From contig JAXLVP010000002.1 in assembly GCA_046328905.1 (NCBI GenBank), positions 197,499 through 261,498 of the forward strand: 64,000 nt of DNA, in the 5' to 3' direction. Position numbers and translations under genes: made by a program. Below the pieces are notes generated by a model. It was not told the origin of the DNA. It ran no database searches and worked only from the letters and a program-made list of their open reading frames with translations. Origin of the DNA: Bdellovibrionota bacterium (lineage in GTDB: Bacteria; Bdellovibrionota_C; UBA2361; SZUA-149; CAZDWZ01). Shown piece by piece: positions 35,243 through 44,732 of the stretch. Numbering within the stretch: the first letter of the stretch is position 1; the number at the start of each line of letters is the position of its first letter.

Positions 35243-36526
35243 ATGCCCCGCGTGCTGATGCTTTGCTACTACTACCCGCCGATTATTGCTTCCGGCGTGA
35301 CGAGAAGTCTCGCGTTCTCGGAGCATCTTCCCGAATTCGGCTGGGAACCGCTGATCCTGTCCGTGAACCGTTCGAAAGATCCCTGGGTGAAATCGGGAAG
35401 TGAAGTCCCCGATTGGGTCACTATCGAGCGCACCAACGAATGGAATTTTGCCGGCCTTTGCGACTTGCTTCACGCGGGCGCATGCGCCGCGTTTCGCCTC
35501 TTCAAGAAGGATCTGAAGACCAACTACTTTCGTGAATGGTTGGCGCTGCCGGACACTCAGATCGCATGGCTTTCGTCTGCGGCGGGAGTCAAGCTTGCCT
35601 CAACCTGCGACATCATTTACGCGAGCTGCTCTCCGTTCAGCTCAGCCCTGAGCGGTTGTATGATCGCCGGGCGGACCAGGAAACCGCTCGTCGTCGACTT
35701 TCGGGATGCTTGGAGCCTGAACCCTCACTCCCCGCACGGATGGCTGCACCAGACAGCAATCCGCATGATGGAGCAGAAAGTCGTGCGACAGGCCGATCGC
35801 GTGATCCTCAATACCAACGGAGCAGGCGAGCTATATAAAAAGACCTACCCGCAATATGCTCAGAAGTTCGTCGTCATCCCGAACGGCTACGACGAGCTTA
35901 CTCCGGTGAAGCCCAACACAGCGCCCGATGCTCCGTTTCGAATATTGCACCTCGGCAGCTTCTACGGTGAACGCTCTCCACGTGTGCTTCTGGAAGCATT
36001 AGCCGAGCTGCCGGAGCTGCCGATTGAATTCGTTCAGATCGGAGGGTCGTTTGACTGCGCTGACGAGTTCAAGAACCGGGTGAAGATGAGCATCTCGCCT
36101 GCGGTTCCCCGAGAGGAGGCGCTTCGGCGAATGACTCAGGCTTCGCTCCTCTACCTGAAACAGGGGTTCGAAAAAGGGGTGAGCCGAGATATTGCGGTGG
36201 CCGCGAAGACCTACGAGTATTTGGGGACCGGATTGCCGATCCTGGCCGAGCTCCCGCCTGGCGATAATTCCGACATCATCCAGAAGTACGCCGGCAAGGC
36301 ATTTATCATCAATTCACCCGACAAAGAGGCCCTGAAGCGGGCCGTTCGAGAGGCGTTCGAAGCTCGAAACTCGACTGAGCCGGCTGTAAGCCACGACTTC
36401 GTCCGCGATTTCAATCGTCGAGGCCTGACCAAGCGGCTTGCTGACATTTTCAACGAGCTCCGCGCAGTCAGCCCATCCCATCAGAGGACCGCTTTCACCG
36501 TTCCCAAGCCGAGACCTGAGTATTAG
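35243..36526 (+). CDS. GT4-family (GT-B) glycosyltransferase
   Basis: C-terminal E-x7-E-type region (KTYEYLGTGLPILA) typical of retaining GT4 enzymes; coupled to wecB. Confidence 0.8.
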   Translation: MPRVLMLCYYYPPIIASGVTRSLAFSEHLPEFGWEPLILSVNRSKDPWVKSGSEVPDWVTIERTNEWNFAGLCDLLHAGACAAFRLFKKDLKTNYFREWLALPDTQIAWLSSAAGVKLASTCDIIYASCSPFSSALSGCMIAGRTRKPLVVDFRDAWSLNPHSPHGWLHQTAIRMMEQKVVRQADRVILNTNGAGELYKKTYPQYAQKFVVIPNGYDELTPVKPNTAPDAPFRILHLGSFYGERSPRVLLEALAELPELPIEFVQIGGSFDCADEFKNRVKMSISPAVPREEALRRMTQASLLYLKQGFEKGVSRDIAVAAKTYEYLGTGLPILAELPPGDNSDIIQKYAGKAFIINSPDKEALKRAVREAFEARNSTEPAVSHDFVRDFNRRGLTKRLADIFNELRAVSPSHQRTAFTVPKPRPEY

Positions 36527-36634
36527 GGCCCGCCTGCCCTATGATCCAACTCATACCGCATGGGAGCTGAGCATCTATATTCGGGGCTTTACTTGCGTTA
36601 GTGCGTTTCGCACCCCCGGCACGGGTCTCCCCTC

Positions 36635-37225
36635 ATGGGCACTGGTTCACTCCGCTCGCTCCTCGAAGCTCAACTGAAGGATCTGTACAACATCGAGATC
36701 CAGATGCTCATCCAACTGCCTCGGTTGAAAAGTCGTTGCGCGTCTGACCAGCTCTATCGTGCGCTCGATGAGCATGAAGATGTCACCAACCTTCAGCTCA
36801 AACGGCTCGAAGAGATCGGCTTCACGTTGGCCGTGGAGCTCACGGGAAAAACGAGCACAGTGATGCAGTCCCTCATCGAGGAGGCAGAGGAGCTTCTCGA
36901 AGAAAACGCTCCAGCAACCGTTTATGACATTGCGACTGCAAGCTTCGCGCAGCGCATCATTCATCTGGAGATCGCCGCTTACAAGTCGGCTTCATCTCTG
37001 GCGGATCACCTTGGTTTGAGCCGCGTGTATAATATGCTGCTCGAGAGTCTCACGGAGGAGAACTCGATGAACGATCTCTTGGCTGAGATCCGAAAGAGCG
37101 AGCTATTCCCGAAAAACGATTGGGAGTGGAGCTCGACTCAGGAAGCATACAACGACCTACCGGGCGACCCAGCCTTCCTCACCGACTCCGACGTCGAAGA
37201 CGACTACCCGAGCGATATCTACTAG
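36635..37225 (+). CDS. ferritin-like domain protein (YciE/DUF892-like)
   Basis: N-terminal LKDLYNIEIQML pattern typical of the YciE/YciF ferritin-like family; acidic C-terminus. Confidence 0.45.
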   Translation: MGTGSLRSLLEAQLKDLYNIEIQMLIQLPRLKSRCASDQLYRALDEHEDVTNLQLKRLEEIGFTLAVELTGKTSTVMQSLIEEAEELLEENAPATVYDIATASFAQRIIHLEIAAYKSASSLADHLGLSRVYNMLLESLTEENSMNDLLAEIRKSELFPKNDWEWSSTQEAYNDLPGDPAFLTDSDVEDDYPSDIY

Positions 37226-37342
37226 CTCCACGACAGCACCTCGCTAAGCCCCGTATCTTCCTAGTCGTTGCAGTTGTACCTTGCCGCGCTCCACGACGTT
37301 CATGGTATGGGAGGGCGTTGCCACAACGCGAAAGGACCTCCG

Positions 37343-38353
37343 ATGCTTCCTAAAGAACCCTCTCCTGCCTTATTTTTCGAAACAATCAACGCTTACCATC
37401 GCACGGCGGCGCTGAAGGGCGCAGTTGAGCTTGGGATTTTCAGTGTGCTCGGCCAAGGAAGCACCGCGGCCGATATCGCGAAGTCGTGTAACGCGACCGA
37501 GCGAGGTATCAGAATTCTGTGCGATTATCTTACCATCGCCGGCTTCCTGAAGAAAAAAGGCGAGCGCTACAGCAACACGCCGGATAGCGAAGCGTTCCTC
37601 CGGAAGGATTCGCGCACGTACGTCGGAGGCACTCTCCAGTTTCTTCTGTCCGACCAACTCCAAGAGTCGTTTCGTGATGTCGCAGGTTGCGTCAAGCGCG
37701 GCGGTACTTTGCTGGAAGGAGCCGGCACAGTTGATCCAGACGACCCGGTGTGGGTGGACTTCGCGCAAGGGATGGCGCCCATGATGATGCCGGCGGCGCT
37801 CGATCTTGCGAGCCTCGTACCTCAAGCAGTCGATCAGCCGATTCGTGTGCTTGATATAGCTGCCGGCCACGGAATATTCGGCATCACCATCGCAAAGCGT
37901 TTCCCGAAGGCTGAGATCACGGCTGTCGACTGGCGCGCCGTTCTTGAAGTAGCCAAGGAAAATGCAAGGCGATTCGAGGTAGCGGATCGATACAAGACCA
38001 TCGCCGGCAGCGCTTTTGAGGCCGACTTCAGCGAAGGCTATGACGTTGTCCTACTCACCAACTTCCTTCATCACTTCAATCCCGCTCAGAACGAAGCGCT
38101 TCTCGGACGCGTGAAAAAAGCGCTCAAACCCGGCGGACGCGCACTTACGCTCGAGTTTGTTCCGAATGAAGACAGGGTCTCGCCGCCGTCTTCCGCAGCG
38201 TTCAGCATGGTAATGTTGTGCTCTACGCCTGAGGGTGACGCATACACATTTGCGGAGTTGGAGAAAATGTTCGAGCATGCCGGCTTCGCGAAATCGACGC
38301 TCGTCGAGCTTCCTTCGGGAATGCAGCGGGCTGTTGTAAGCGAGGTTGCCTAG
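37343..38353 (+). CDS. O-methyltransferase family 2 (dimerisation domain + SAM-MT domain)
   Basis: VLDIAAGHGIFG motif I and overall family-2 OMT layout; start set at ATG 37343 (AAGGA RBS). Confidence 0.7.
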   Translation: MLPKEPSPALFFETINAYHRTAALKGAVELGIFSVLGQGSTAADIAKSCNATERGIRILCDYLTIAGFLKKKGERYSNTPDSEAFLRKDSRTYVGGTLQFLLSDQLQESFRDVAGCVKRGGTLLEGAGTVDPDDPVWVDFAQGMAPMMMPAALDLASLVPQAVDQPIRVLDIAAGHGIFGITIAKRFPKAEITAVDWRAVLEVAKENARRFEVADRYKTIAGSAFEADFSEGYDVVLLTNFLHHFNPAQNEALLGRVKKALKPGGRALTLEFVPNEDRVSPPSSAAFSMVMLCSTPEGDAYTFAELEKMFEHAGFAKSTLVELPSGMQRAVVSEVA

Positions 38354-38470
38354 CAAGATTTCCGCTCCCTCCGACCGATAGCTGGCCTGACGGGGTATGT
38401 GGTCAGAGGAGAGAATGAGCGGAGCTCCGCCGCGCACGCCGGAAAAAGACGTGCGCGGCTTTTGGTCTGA

Positions 38471-39658
38471 CTACTGTTCGGCCACTGCTTGAAGTGCTTC
38501 GAGATCTAAGATCTTCATCACACCGGCTTTGGTCAGATCGAGCACGTTGTCACGTTCGAGAGCTTTCGTGAGACGGATCGCTGTTTCCGTCGTCGCTCCC
38601 GTGAGCTCTGCCAGCTCTTGCCGTGTCATGTCGATCTGCACGGGCTCCGACTCATTCGCGGTCCCGCAGAACTTCGGCACAAGCGAGCAAAGCGCGGACG
38701 CGATTCGGACTTCCGTCCGGTCGTGCGCCAGAGCACGCGACACGTCGTGCGCATTTCGCAGACGATCGAAGATCTCCTGCACAAACTTCCTGCTGAGATC
38801 CGGATATTTGTCGAGGATCGAAAGGACGACGTTTCTCGGGATCCACATGAGGCGCGTCTTGACCTGCGTGCGAACGTTCACTGGGTACGGTGCGCGGTCG
38901 ACCGTTGCCAGCAACCCGAACGGGTCACCCGGCGGAAGGAGCTCGACGATCAGGTCCTTGCCTGTCGCTGAGCTCTTGACCATGGCGATACGCCCTGTGA
39001 TGACCACGAAGCCGGAAACGTTCGCGTCACCTTCCGTCACAATGAATTCTCCGGAGCCGTGCGAGGAGAAACGAGTTGCCTTGGCCATTGCAACCAGGTT
39101 CGAACGGTCGATCTCGGAAAAATACTTCATGCGCTTGAGGTACGAGAGTGCTTCTTCCTCGGTCTCCGAGAGCGTGCCCTCCGGCGCGGTATCCTCAACC
39201 GGAGCTTCAGCGCCTTTACCCGTCTTTTCTACCGGCTTGCCCGGCGAAGCGGCCGTAGGTTGAGCGGCGCCTGAAGCTCCGCGAACCGAATGATTGTAAA
39301 GAGCGAGCTCAATGGCGGTGCGCAGCTCAATTTCCTTGAACGGCTTGAGCACGTATCCATACGGAGCCGTAATCTTCGCGCGTTCCAGAGTTGCCGCATC
39401 GGCATGAGCCGTGAGGTACACTACCGGAATTTGGAGCTTCTCGTTGATCTGTCCGGCCGCAGCGATACCGTCGATCTCACCCTTGAGAATGATGTCCATA
39501 AGTACCAAATTCGGGCGCAGCTCAGTAGCAAGCTCGATCGCGACAGCGCCGGAGCTTGCCGTCCCTACCACCGAGTAACCCAACTCAATGAGGCACTCCT
39601 TGATATCAGTAGCGACGATGCCCTGATCTTCTACAATGAGAATTTTTTCTCTAGCCAT
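38471..39658 (-). CDS. response regulator: CheY-like receiver + cNMP-binding + Crp/Fnr-type HTH
   Basis: Receiver (ILIVEDQ ... LVLMDI ... KP); C-terminal Crp-like HTH (RQELAELTGATTETAIRLTKAL). Confidence 0.8.
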   Translation of the reverse strand: MAREKILIVEDQGIVATDIKECLIELGYSVVGTASSGAVAIELATELRPNLVLMDIILKGEIDGIAAAGQINEKLQIPVVYLTAHADAATLERAKITAPYGYVLKPFKEIELRTAIELALYNHSVRGASGAAQPTAASPGKPVEKTGKGAEAPVEDTAPEGTLSETEEEALSYLKRMKYFSEIDRSNLVAMAKATRFSSHGSGEFIVTEGDANVSGFVVITGRIAMVKSSATGKDLIVELLPPGDPFGLLATVDRAPYPVNVRTQVKTRLMWIPRNVVLSILDKYPDLSRKFVQEIFDRLRNAHDVSRALAHDRTEVRIASALCSLVPKFCGTANESEPVQIDMTRQELAELTGATTETAIRLTKALERDNVLDLTKAGVMKILDLEALQAVAEQ

Positions 39659-39669
39659 GATGTATCCTG

Positions 39670-42348
39670 CTACGCCGAGAGTCCGGCAGTATTGTTACTA
39701 AAAGAAACCACAAACTCTGAGCCCTGGCGGTTGTGAACGTCCAAAGCTCCGTCGATCTGCGAACAAAGGATCTGGATAAGGCGCATCCCCAACGAGCGCG
39801 CAGAAGCGAAATCGAAACCTTCCGGCAGTCCCACTCCGTTATCTTTCACGGTGAGCGTCACAACATCGCCACTCTCGTCGAGCTCGATAGCAATGTGCGG
39901 TTGTTCTGCTGAACGGTAGTTCTCCGGAGTGAACGCATGTCTGATGGCATTGGTAGCCAACTCATTTACCATCAATCCACAAGGGATGGCAAAGTCGAGC
40001 GCGAGCACGACGTCATTCGCTTCTACCGACATCTCCACCTGATTTGCACCGGAAAGCGAGCGCTTGAGATTATTGACGATTTCTCGCAGGTAAGTCCCCA
40101 TATCGATCTGCGAAAAGTCGTCGCTCCGGTAAAGCGTCTCGTGCACGAGCGCAATCGATTGGATGCGGTTCTGGCTCTCCTCGAGCAGGGTGCAGATCTT
40201 CTGGTCCATGACCCTTCTGCTTTGCAGCCGGAAAAGGCTGGAGATAATCTGAAGATTATTTTTTACGCGATGGTGAACCTCACGGAGGAGGACCTCCTTT
40301 TCCTTCGCGGAATGACGAATCTTTTCCTCGGTTCGCTTGCGTTCGCTGATATCGTGTAACAACCCGAAACAGATCTCTTGGTCGTCGATGGTCGCAGCCT
40401 CAAACGACAGATCGACCGGGAACCGCGTGCCATCCTTACGCTGCCCCTCCCGTTCTCCAGCAGGAAGGAGTCGAAGCCCGGTCGAGCCACCGTTTGACGC
40501 GCTGTTTCCGTTGCTCCACAGGTTCAGCCCGGGAAGCAGCCGGTCGATCTTTTCGCCCGCCAGCTCATGCTCGGAATACCCAAAGATCTCTTCTGCCGCC
40601 GGACTGAAGCTGCAGATGCTTCCGTTCGCACAATAGAATGAGACAATTGCATCGTTCGTTTTCTGTGAGATCAGTCGCGCCTCCTTCTCTTTGCGCCGGG
40701 CCAGCCGCTCCGCACGCTCTCGCCGTCCCGACTCGCGCTGAAGGCTCCGGTCCGCCATAACGAGCTGACGTTTGAGCTGAAGGGTTTGGGCGATCAACTT
40801 TCTCGAGAAGAAGAGAAGCAGAGCGGTCGAAAGTGCAGCGAGAAGTGCCGCTGCAAGCAGCGAGTGGATGATCACTTTTCGGGAACGAGCAAGCAGCTCG
40901 CTCTGGGGCACAGAAAGATTGATCTGCCAGGGCGCCTGGACGAGCGGCGCGCGCAGAACATATGGCGCGTTCTCGGGATCGAGGCCCTCTGCAACATGCC
41001 GGCCCTGCCCGCCTGATTGAAACGACTCATCGGAGGAGCCTGCGTCGCGCGTGGCGATGTCCCCGTTCGAGACATAGAACTCATTACGAGCTTTCCCGGC
41101 GAGAGCAATCAGAGAGAGACGCGCTGCGCGACCAAACTCGCGGCTTCCCTGAATGGTCTCGCGAAGCGGTTTTGCATCGAGCACGAACACGTCGGTTCCG
41201 CTGCGGACACGCTCGTTGTCAACGACTGGATTCAACGCAAACAAATAGAACTGCCCATTCCGGGTGAACGGCCCGATGATTCGGAACGCGTCGACGTTAG
41301 TATAATTTGCTGCCTCTATGGCGAGGTCAGACTGCCGACCGGCGCCGGCAATAAGCTTTCCTTGCGCGTCGAACCGCGCCACCCCGAGAATCTCATCGTT
41401 CAGCGACGTTGTGTATTCCAGCGTAGGATTCATCGCGGCCCGATATTCTTCGGCAGGAACGGTTTGCTGACTGAGCTTTGCAAGAAGCTCTAGTGAGGCC
41501 GGATTATTCGATACCTCAGCCGCAAGCAGCCGATATTTGGCGAGAAAGTGATCCAGCTCCGATGCTTTCGCCAGCAAGCGCTCCTGAACCTGCGACCTGG
41601 ACGCTTGAAGCACGGTTTCGCTCAACCCCAATACTCCGAAGCCTGCACTCAGCAACGCCAAGGTAAACACTCCCACTGCAGTAAAAATGTAGGTCGCTCG
41701 TCCGAGGCTGGCGAGGCTTGCATGTTCGAGCTGCGCACGCGTCCAGCAGAGCCCGATGAGCGTTAGGCCGATCGCCGTAAAGCTGACTGATTCAACACGC
41801 GAGATTTTCGCAAAGAGCTGCCAGCTCTCTACGTCGCCGACGTTCATCGAGTAGCCAAGCATGGAGAGCGCACCGACCGAGAAGATAATCAGACCCAAGA
41901 TCGACGTCAGAATGATCCGTCCAAAGACGCTCTCCACGCTTTCAATTGCGAGGAGCGCAACGCCAATCATCGCGTACACCATCGCTTTATTGGCTTGCAT
42001 GGCCGGCGAATACGAAACGTCTCCACCGATCAAACGCAAGAGAGCATGACTCGAGTGGGGACCACGGGTCGAGAGAAGCGTATCGATGAGAATCACGAGA
42101 GCGACGAGACAGATAAACGCGCCGCACCCACGAGCCAGCCGCATGCGGTCCAACCCCGAACCGAGGATGCCGGTCGCAGCAGCGATGAGAAGAAAGCGAA
42201 ATGGGAGCTCCGCATCGGGAGCGTGGATTGGTTGGAACTGAAGCGCGGCAAGGACAAGTATCGACACCCCGACAATCGCACCGGTAAGGCGGCGGCACAG
42301 CAGAAGCTTATCCGCTGCGAAGAATGTGCGAAGCGAGAACGAATCCAC
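39670..42348 (-). CDS. membrane sensor histidine kinase (multi-TM sensor, PAS, HisKA_2-type, HATPase)
   Basis: N-terminal hydrophobic helices, PAS-like region, H-box HHRVKNNLQIISS, C-terminal ATPase motifs (NAIRHAF, DNGVGLP). Confidence 0.8.
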   Translation of the reverse strand: MDSFSLRTFFAADKLLLCRRLTGAIVGVSILVLAALQFQPIHAPDAELPFRFLLIAAATGILGSGLDRMRLARGCGAFICLVALVILIDTLLSTRGPHSSHALLRLIGGDVSYSPAMQANKAMVYAMIGVALLAIESVESVFGRIILTSILGLIIFSVGALSMLGYSMNVGDVESWQLFAKISRVESVSFTAIGLTLIGLCWTRAQLEHASLASLGRATYIFTAVGVFTLALLSAGFGVLGLSETVLQASRSQVQERLLAKASELDHFLAKYRLLAAEVSNNPASLELLAKLSQQTVPAEEYRAAMNPTLEYTTSLNDEILGVARFDAQGKLIAGAGRQSDLAIEAANYTNVDAFRIIGPFTRNGQFYLFALNPVVDNERVRSGTDVFVLDAKPLRETIQGSREFGRAARLSLIALAGKARNEFYVSNGDIATRDAGSSDESFQSGGQGRHVAEGLDPENAPYVLRAPLVQAPWQINLSVPQSELLARSRKVIIHSLLAAALLAALSTALLLFFSRKLIAQTLQLKRQLVMADRSLQRESGRRERAERLARRKEKEARLISQKTNDAIVSFYCANGSICSFSPAAEEIFGYSEHELAGEKIDRLLPGLNLWSNGNSASNGGSTGLRLLPAGEREGQRKDGTRFPVDLSFEAATIDDQEICFGLLHDISERKRTEEKIRHSAKEKEVLLREVHHRVKNNLQIISSLFRLQSRRVMDQKICTLLEESQNRIQSIALVHETLYRSDDFSQIDMGTYLREIVNNLKRSLSGANQVEMSVEANDVVLALDFAIPCGLMVNELATNAIRHAFTPENYRSAEQPHIAIELDESGDVVTLTVKDNGVGLPEGFDFASARSLGMRLIQILCSQIDGALDVHNRQGSEFVVSFSNNTAGLSA

Positions 42349-42486
42349 AAATAATTTCCGAGCGATTCAAGATCATGTGGTGGCCGATAGCGAACACGAA
42401 GCGGTCCCATAGGGATACCGCTGACCGGTCATGATAGAATTCACGGGGCGGACACGATATGCGCTGGATCAGATTGGCGGGGTAGG

Positions 42487-43170
42487 TCAGACGCGAATTA
42501 TAGCTTCGAATTCAGCGGGTTGGGGCAGTTTTTCCAGGATTACATCCGGCTCTGAGCTCAAGAGTTGCTCCATGCTGTATATCCCGGTCGATACAGCGAT
42601 AGTTCTTGCGCCGTTCGCTTTCCCGGCTTCGATGTCGTGCGGCGTGTCCCCGATGACGAATATTTCCGACCCAGACGGCCGGCTCCCAATCTTCTCCGCG
42701 GCACGGCCAATCGCTGCGCGAACGATTTCCTTCCGTTCTCGGTGGTCGCAGCCGAACCCACCGAACCGGAATAGATGATGAATACCACCGTGTTTTAGCT
42801 TGCAACCTGCGAAACGTTCCAGGTTGCCGGTCTGCAAACCAACGAGCAGGGAGTCGTCTGCTCCGAGAGCCTCACACAAATCCTTCGCACCCGGAAGCAA
42901 ACGGAACGATTGAGAGAGAACGAGCTCCTCGGCGAGATATTGATGTGCAAGAGCGCTGAGACCTTCCATCTCTTCCGGAAGCAGCTCGCGACCGAGCGCC
43001 AGTCCAGCAGCCTCCTGCATGATGGCTTGGTCACTTCTCCCGGCCTTCGGCACATCCTTCGAAGCATCCATCACTCCGAACCGTTCACCAAACGCGCGGT
43101 CGCACGCACGCCCTCCAGCGCCGCCGTCGAGGAGAAGCGTTCCATCAATATCAAAGAGAATAACCTTCAT
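42487..43170 (-). CDS. HAD-superfamily hydrolase (phosphoglycolate phosphatase-like)
   Basis: Motif I LFDIDGTL; C-terminal GDTPHD motif. Confidence 0.7.
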   Translation of the reverse strand: MKVILFDIDGTLLLDGGAGGRACDRAFGERFGVMDASKDVPKAGRSDQAIMQEAAGLALGRELLPEEMEGLSALAHQYLAEELVLSQSFRLLPGAKDLCEALGADDSLLVGLQTGNLERFAGCKLKHGGIHHLFRFGGFGCDHRERKEIVRAAIGRAAEKIGSRPSGSEIFVIGDTPHDIEAGKANGARTIAVSTGIYSMEQLLSSEPDVILEKLPQPAEFEAIIRV

Positions 43171-43173
43171 TGG

Positions 43174-43968
43174 TCAGCCTGTCGGGTCATCCGGCCCACT
43201 GTTGTAGAGCGTGCCCCCGGAGGCTACATACGGGATATAGAGCTCATCAATTACCTTCTGACTCTCCACCCCACACCTCACTTCAACTCCTCGGGCCCTG
43301 AGGTTTCCGGCCCAAGGCTCATCATCTGCGGGTCGAGCGTTCGGATCTCGGATGAGAGCTTCGATCTGGGCGGGCGTAAGTGCTTCATGCAGTCCAGCAA
43401 CGACGGCGCCGGACAACGGAGCGCCTCCGACAACATAGCGCGGAGCCGCCCACGTGAAGAATGATTCGCACATACCGCACGGCGCGCCCGTCGTCACTGC
43501 AAGAACAAACCGCTTCCACCAGTTTCGTCCCGTGCACGCACTGACCTGCATACCCAGAACCATCTCCGCGTGCAAAGCAGCGTTGTCGAAAACTTCGACG
43601 AGGTTGACTCCAATTGCGATCAACTTCCACGACTTTACGCTTGAGAGAGGGAGGCTCTGCTTGAGAGTCGCTTCGGGGGTGAGCGACGCGTACCAGGATG
43701 CAAAATCCAGCTCGTTCCCCTCTACGCAAATTCTTTGAGGGATGGCTCCCACCGCGCCGAATGGTCCTCCGCGCTTACCATCAATTCCCTCGAGACAGCT
43801 CTTCCGCGCCGCCGCAATCGCGATGCTCATCAGCTCTTCGACAGAACCGACGACCGTCGCCGCCGGGTTTTCGACTATTTCCCAAAGCTCACGGGGCAGT
43901 GAGAGCGACCGTACAGTCTGCGCTGTTGGATCAAAGTTAGGCTCGAGCGCTAGGAAAGTGGCAGCCAT
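43174..43968 (-). CDS. cytidine/deoxycytidylate-deaminase-fold zinc-dependent deaminase (putative)
   Basis: HAE ... (27 aa) ... PCGMC zinc-binding signature; unusually long insert before HAE. Confidence 0.5.
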   Translation of the reverse strand: MAATFLALEPNFDPTAQTVRSLSLPRELWEIVENPAATVVGSVEELMSIAIAAARKSCLEGIDGKRGGPFGAVGAIPQRICVEGNELDFASWYASLTPEATLKQSLPLSSVKSWKLIAIGVNLVEVFDNAALHAEMVLGMQVSACTGRNWWKRFVLAVTTGAPCGMCESFFTWAAPRYVVGGAPLSGAVVAGLHEALTPAQIEALIRDPNARPADDEPWAGNLRARGVEVRCGVESQKVIDELYIPYVASGGTLYNSGPDDPTG

Positions 43969-43972
43969 AGAT

Positions 43973-44698
43973 TTACCTGATCACCGGTTGATAGAGGTTC
44001 GGCTGTTCCATATGGAGCATATGCCCCGCCTCTCGGATAATCTCGAAGCGTGCGCCCGGAACCATGCGACGCAGCTCGTCCTGATAACTTGCGCCGAAAA
44101 TGTCATCTTCTGCTCCGGCGTGAAAATTGGCCTCGTCCGGGTCGAGCCGCGGGTAGTAGCTCGCTCCGTGAAAGGCGCGTAGCGCAGCAGTTTGGCGGCG
44201 GAGGGCTTTCTCGCTTTGTCGATTGCGTCCTGAGCTTCGATAGCGGACATAGTCGCTGAAACGTTCGGGATGCTGTTCTCGGAACTGCGGTGAGAAAAAC
44301 CTCCGCAGTGCGCGCTCGAACGACTGCTCATCACCGGGGTGAACGCTCCGCCACTCTTCGATGAATGCGTCGGGCACGGCGGGATTCTCATACGTATTCG
44401 CGGCCGCAGACAACAATCGAACTTCAAGCTTCGATGGCAGTTTTTCCCTTCGCTCGGTCGCAAGGATAGCCACTATCATCGCGCCCATACTGATACCGAT
44501 GAGGGTGAGCGACTCTGCATTTCGGGCGGAACGCCGAATCGTCTGCAGGTGCATGTCGGCAATGTCTTCAAGAGTATAGGTCGATCCGATCACGACTCCA
44601 TCGCCGATTTCCGGATTTTCGAGCGGGAACAGGCCTTCGACCGGAGGCAGCTCAGAAGCGGCCATCGCCAAACCTGGTATCGCGAATCCCCATGTCAC
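43973..44698 (-). CDS. alpha/beta-hydrolase-fold protein (putative esterase)
   Basis: GxSxG-like IGISMGA and C-terminal His (EAGHMLHMEQP); start placed at GTG 44698 with AGGAG RBS 9 nt upstream; longer track ORF would overlap the rodA 3' end. Confidence 0.5.
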   Translation of the reverse strand: MTWGFAIPGLAMAASELPPVEGLFPLENPEIGDGVVIGSTYTLEDIADMHLQTIRRSARNAESLTLIGISMGAMIVAILATERREKLPSKLEVRLLSAAANTYENPAVPDAFIEEWRSVHPGDEQSFERALRRFFSPQFREQHPERFSDYVRYRSSGRNRQSEKALRRQTAALRAFHGASYYPRLDPDEANFHAGAEDDIFGASYQDELRRMVPGARFEIIREAGHMLHMEQPNLYQPVIR

Positions 44699-44732
44699 TC
44701 GAATTCTCTCCTGTGGCGAATCCGATGCTGCG

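Noticed and set aside
26601-36526. Pseudaminic/legionaminic (nonulosonic) acid pathway, suggested by WecB-like epimerase + DegT + GNAT + cytidylyltransferase
   Set aside because: No NeuB/PseI-type sialic-acid-synthase ORF is present in the window, and the cytidylyltransferase is fused to a PfkB kinase; a heptose/amino-sugar pathway fits better.
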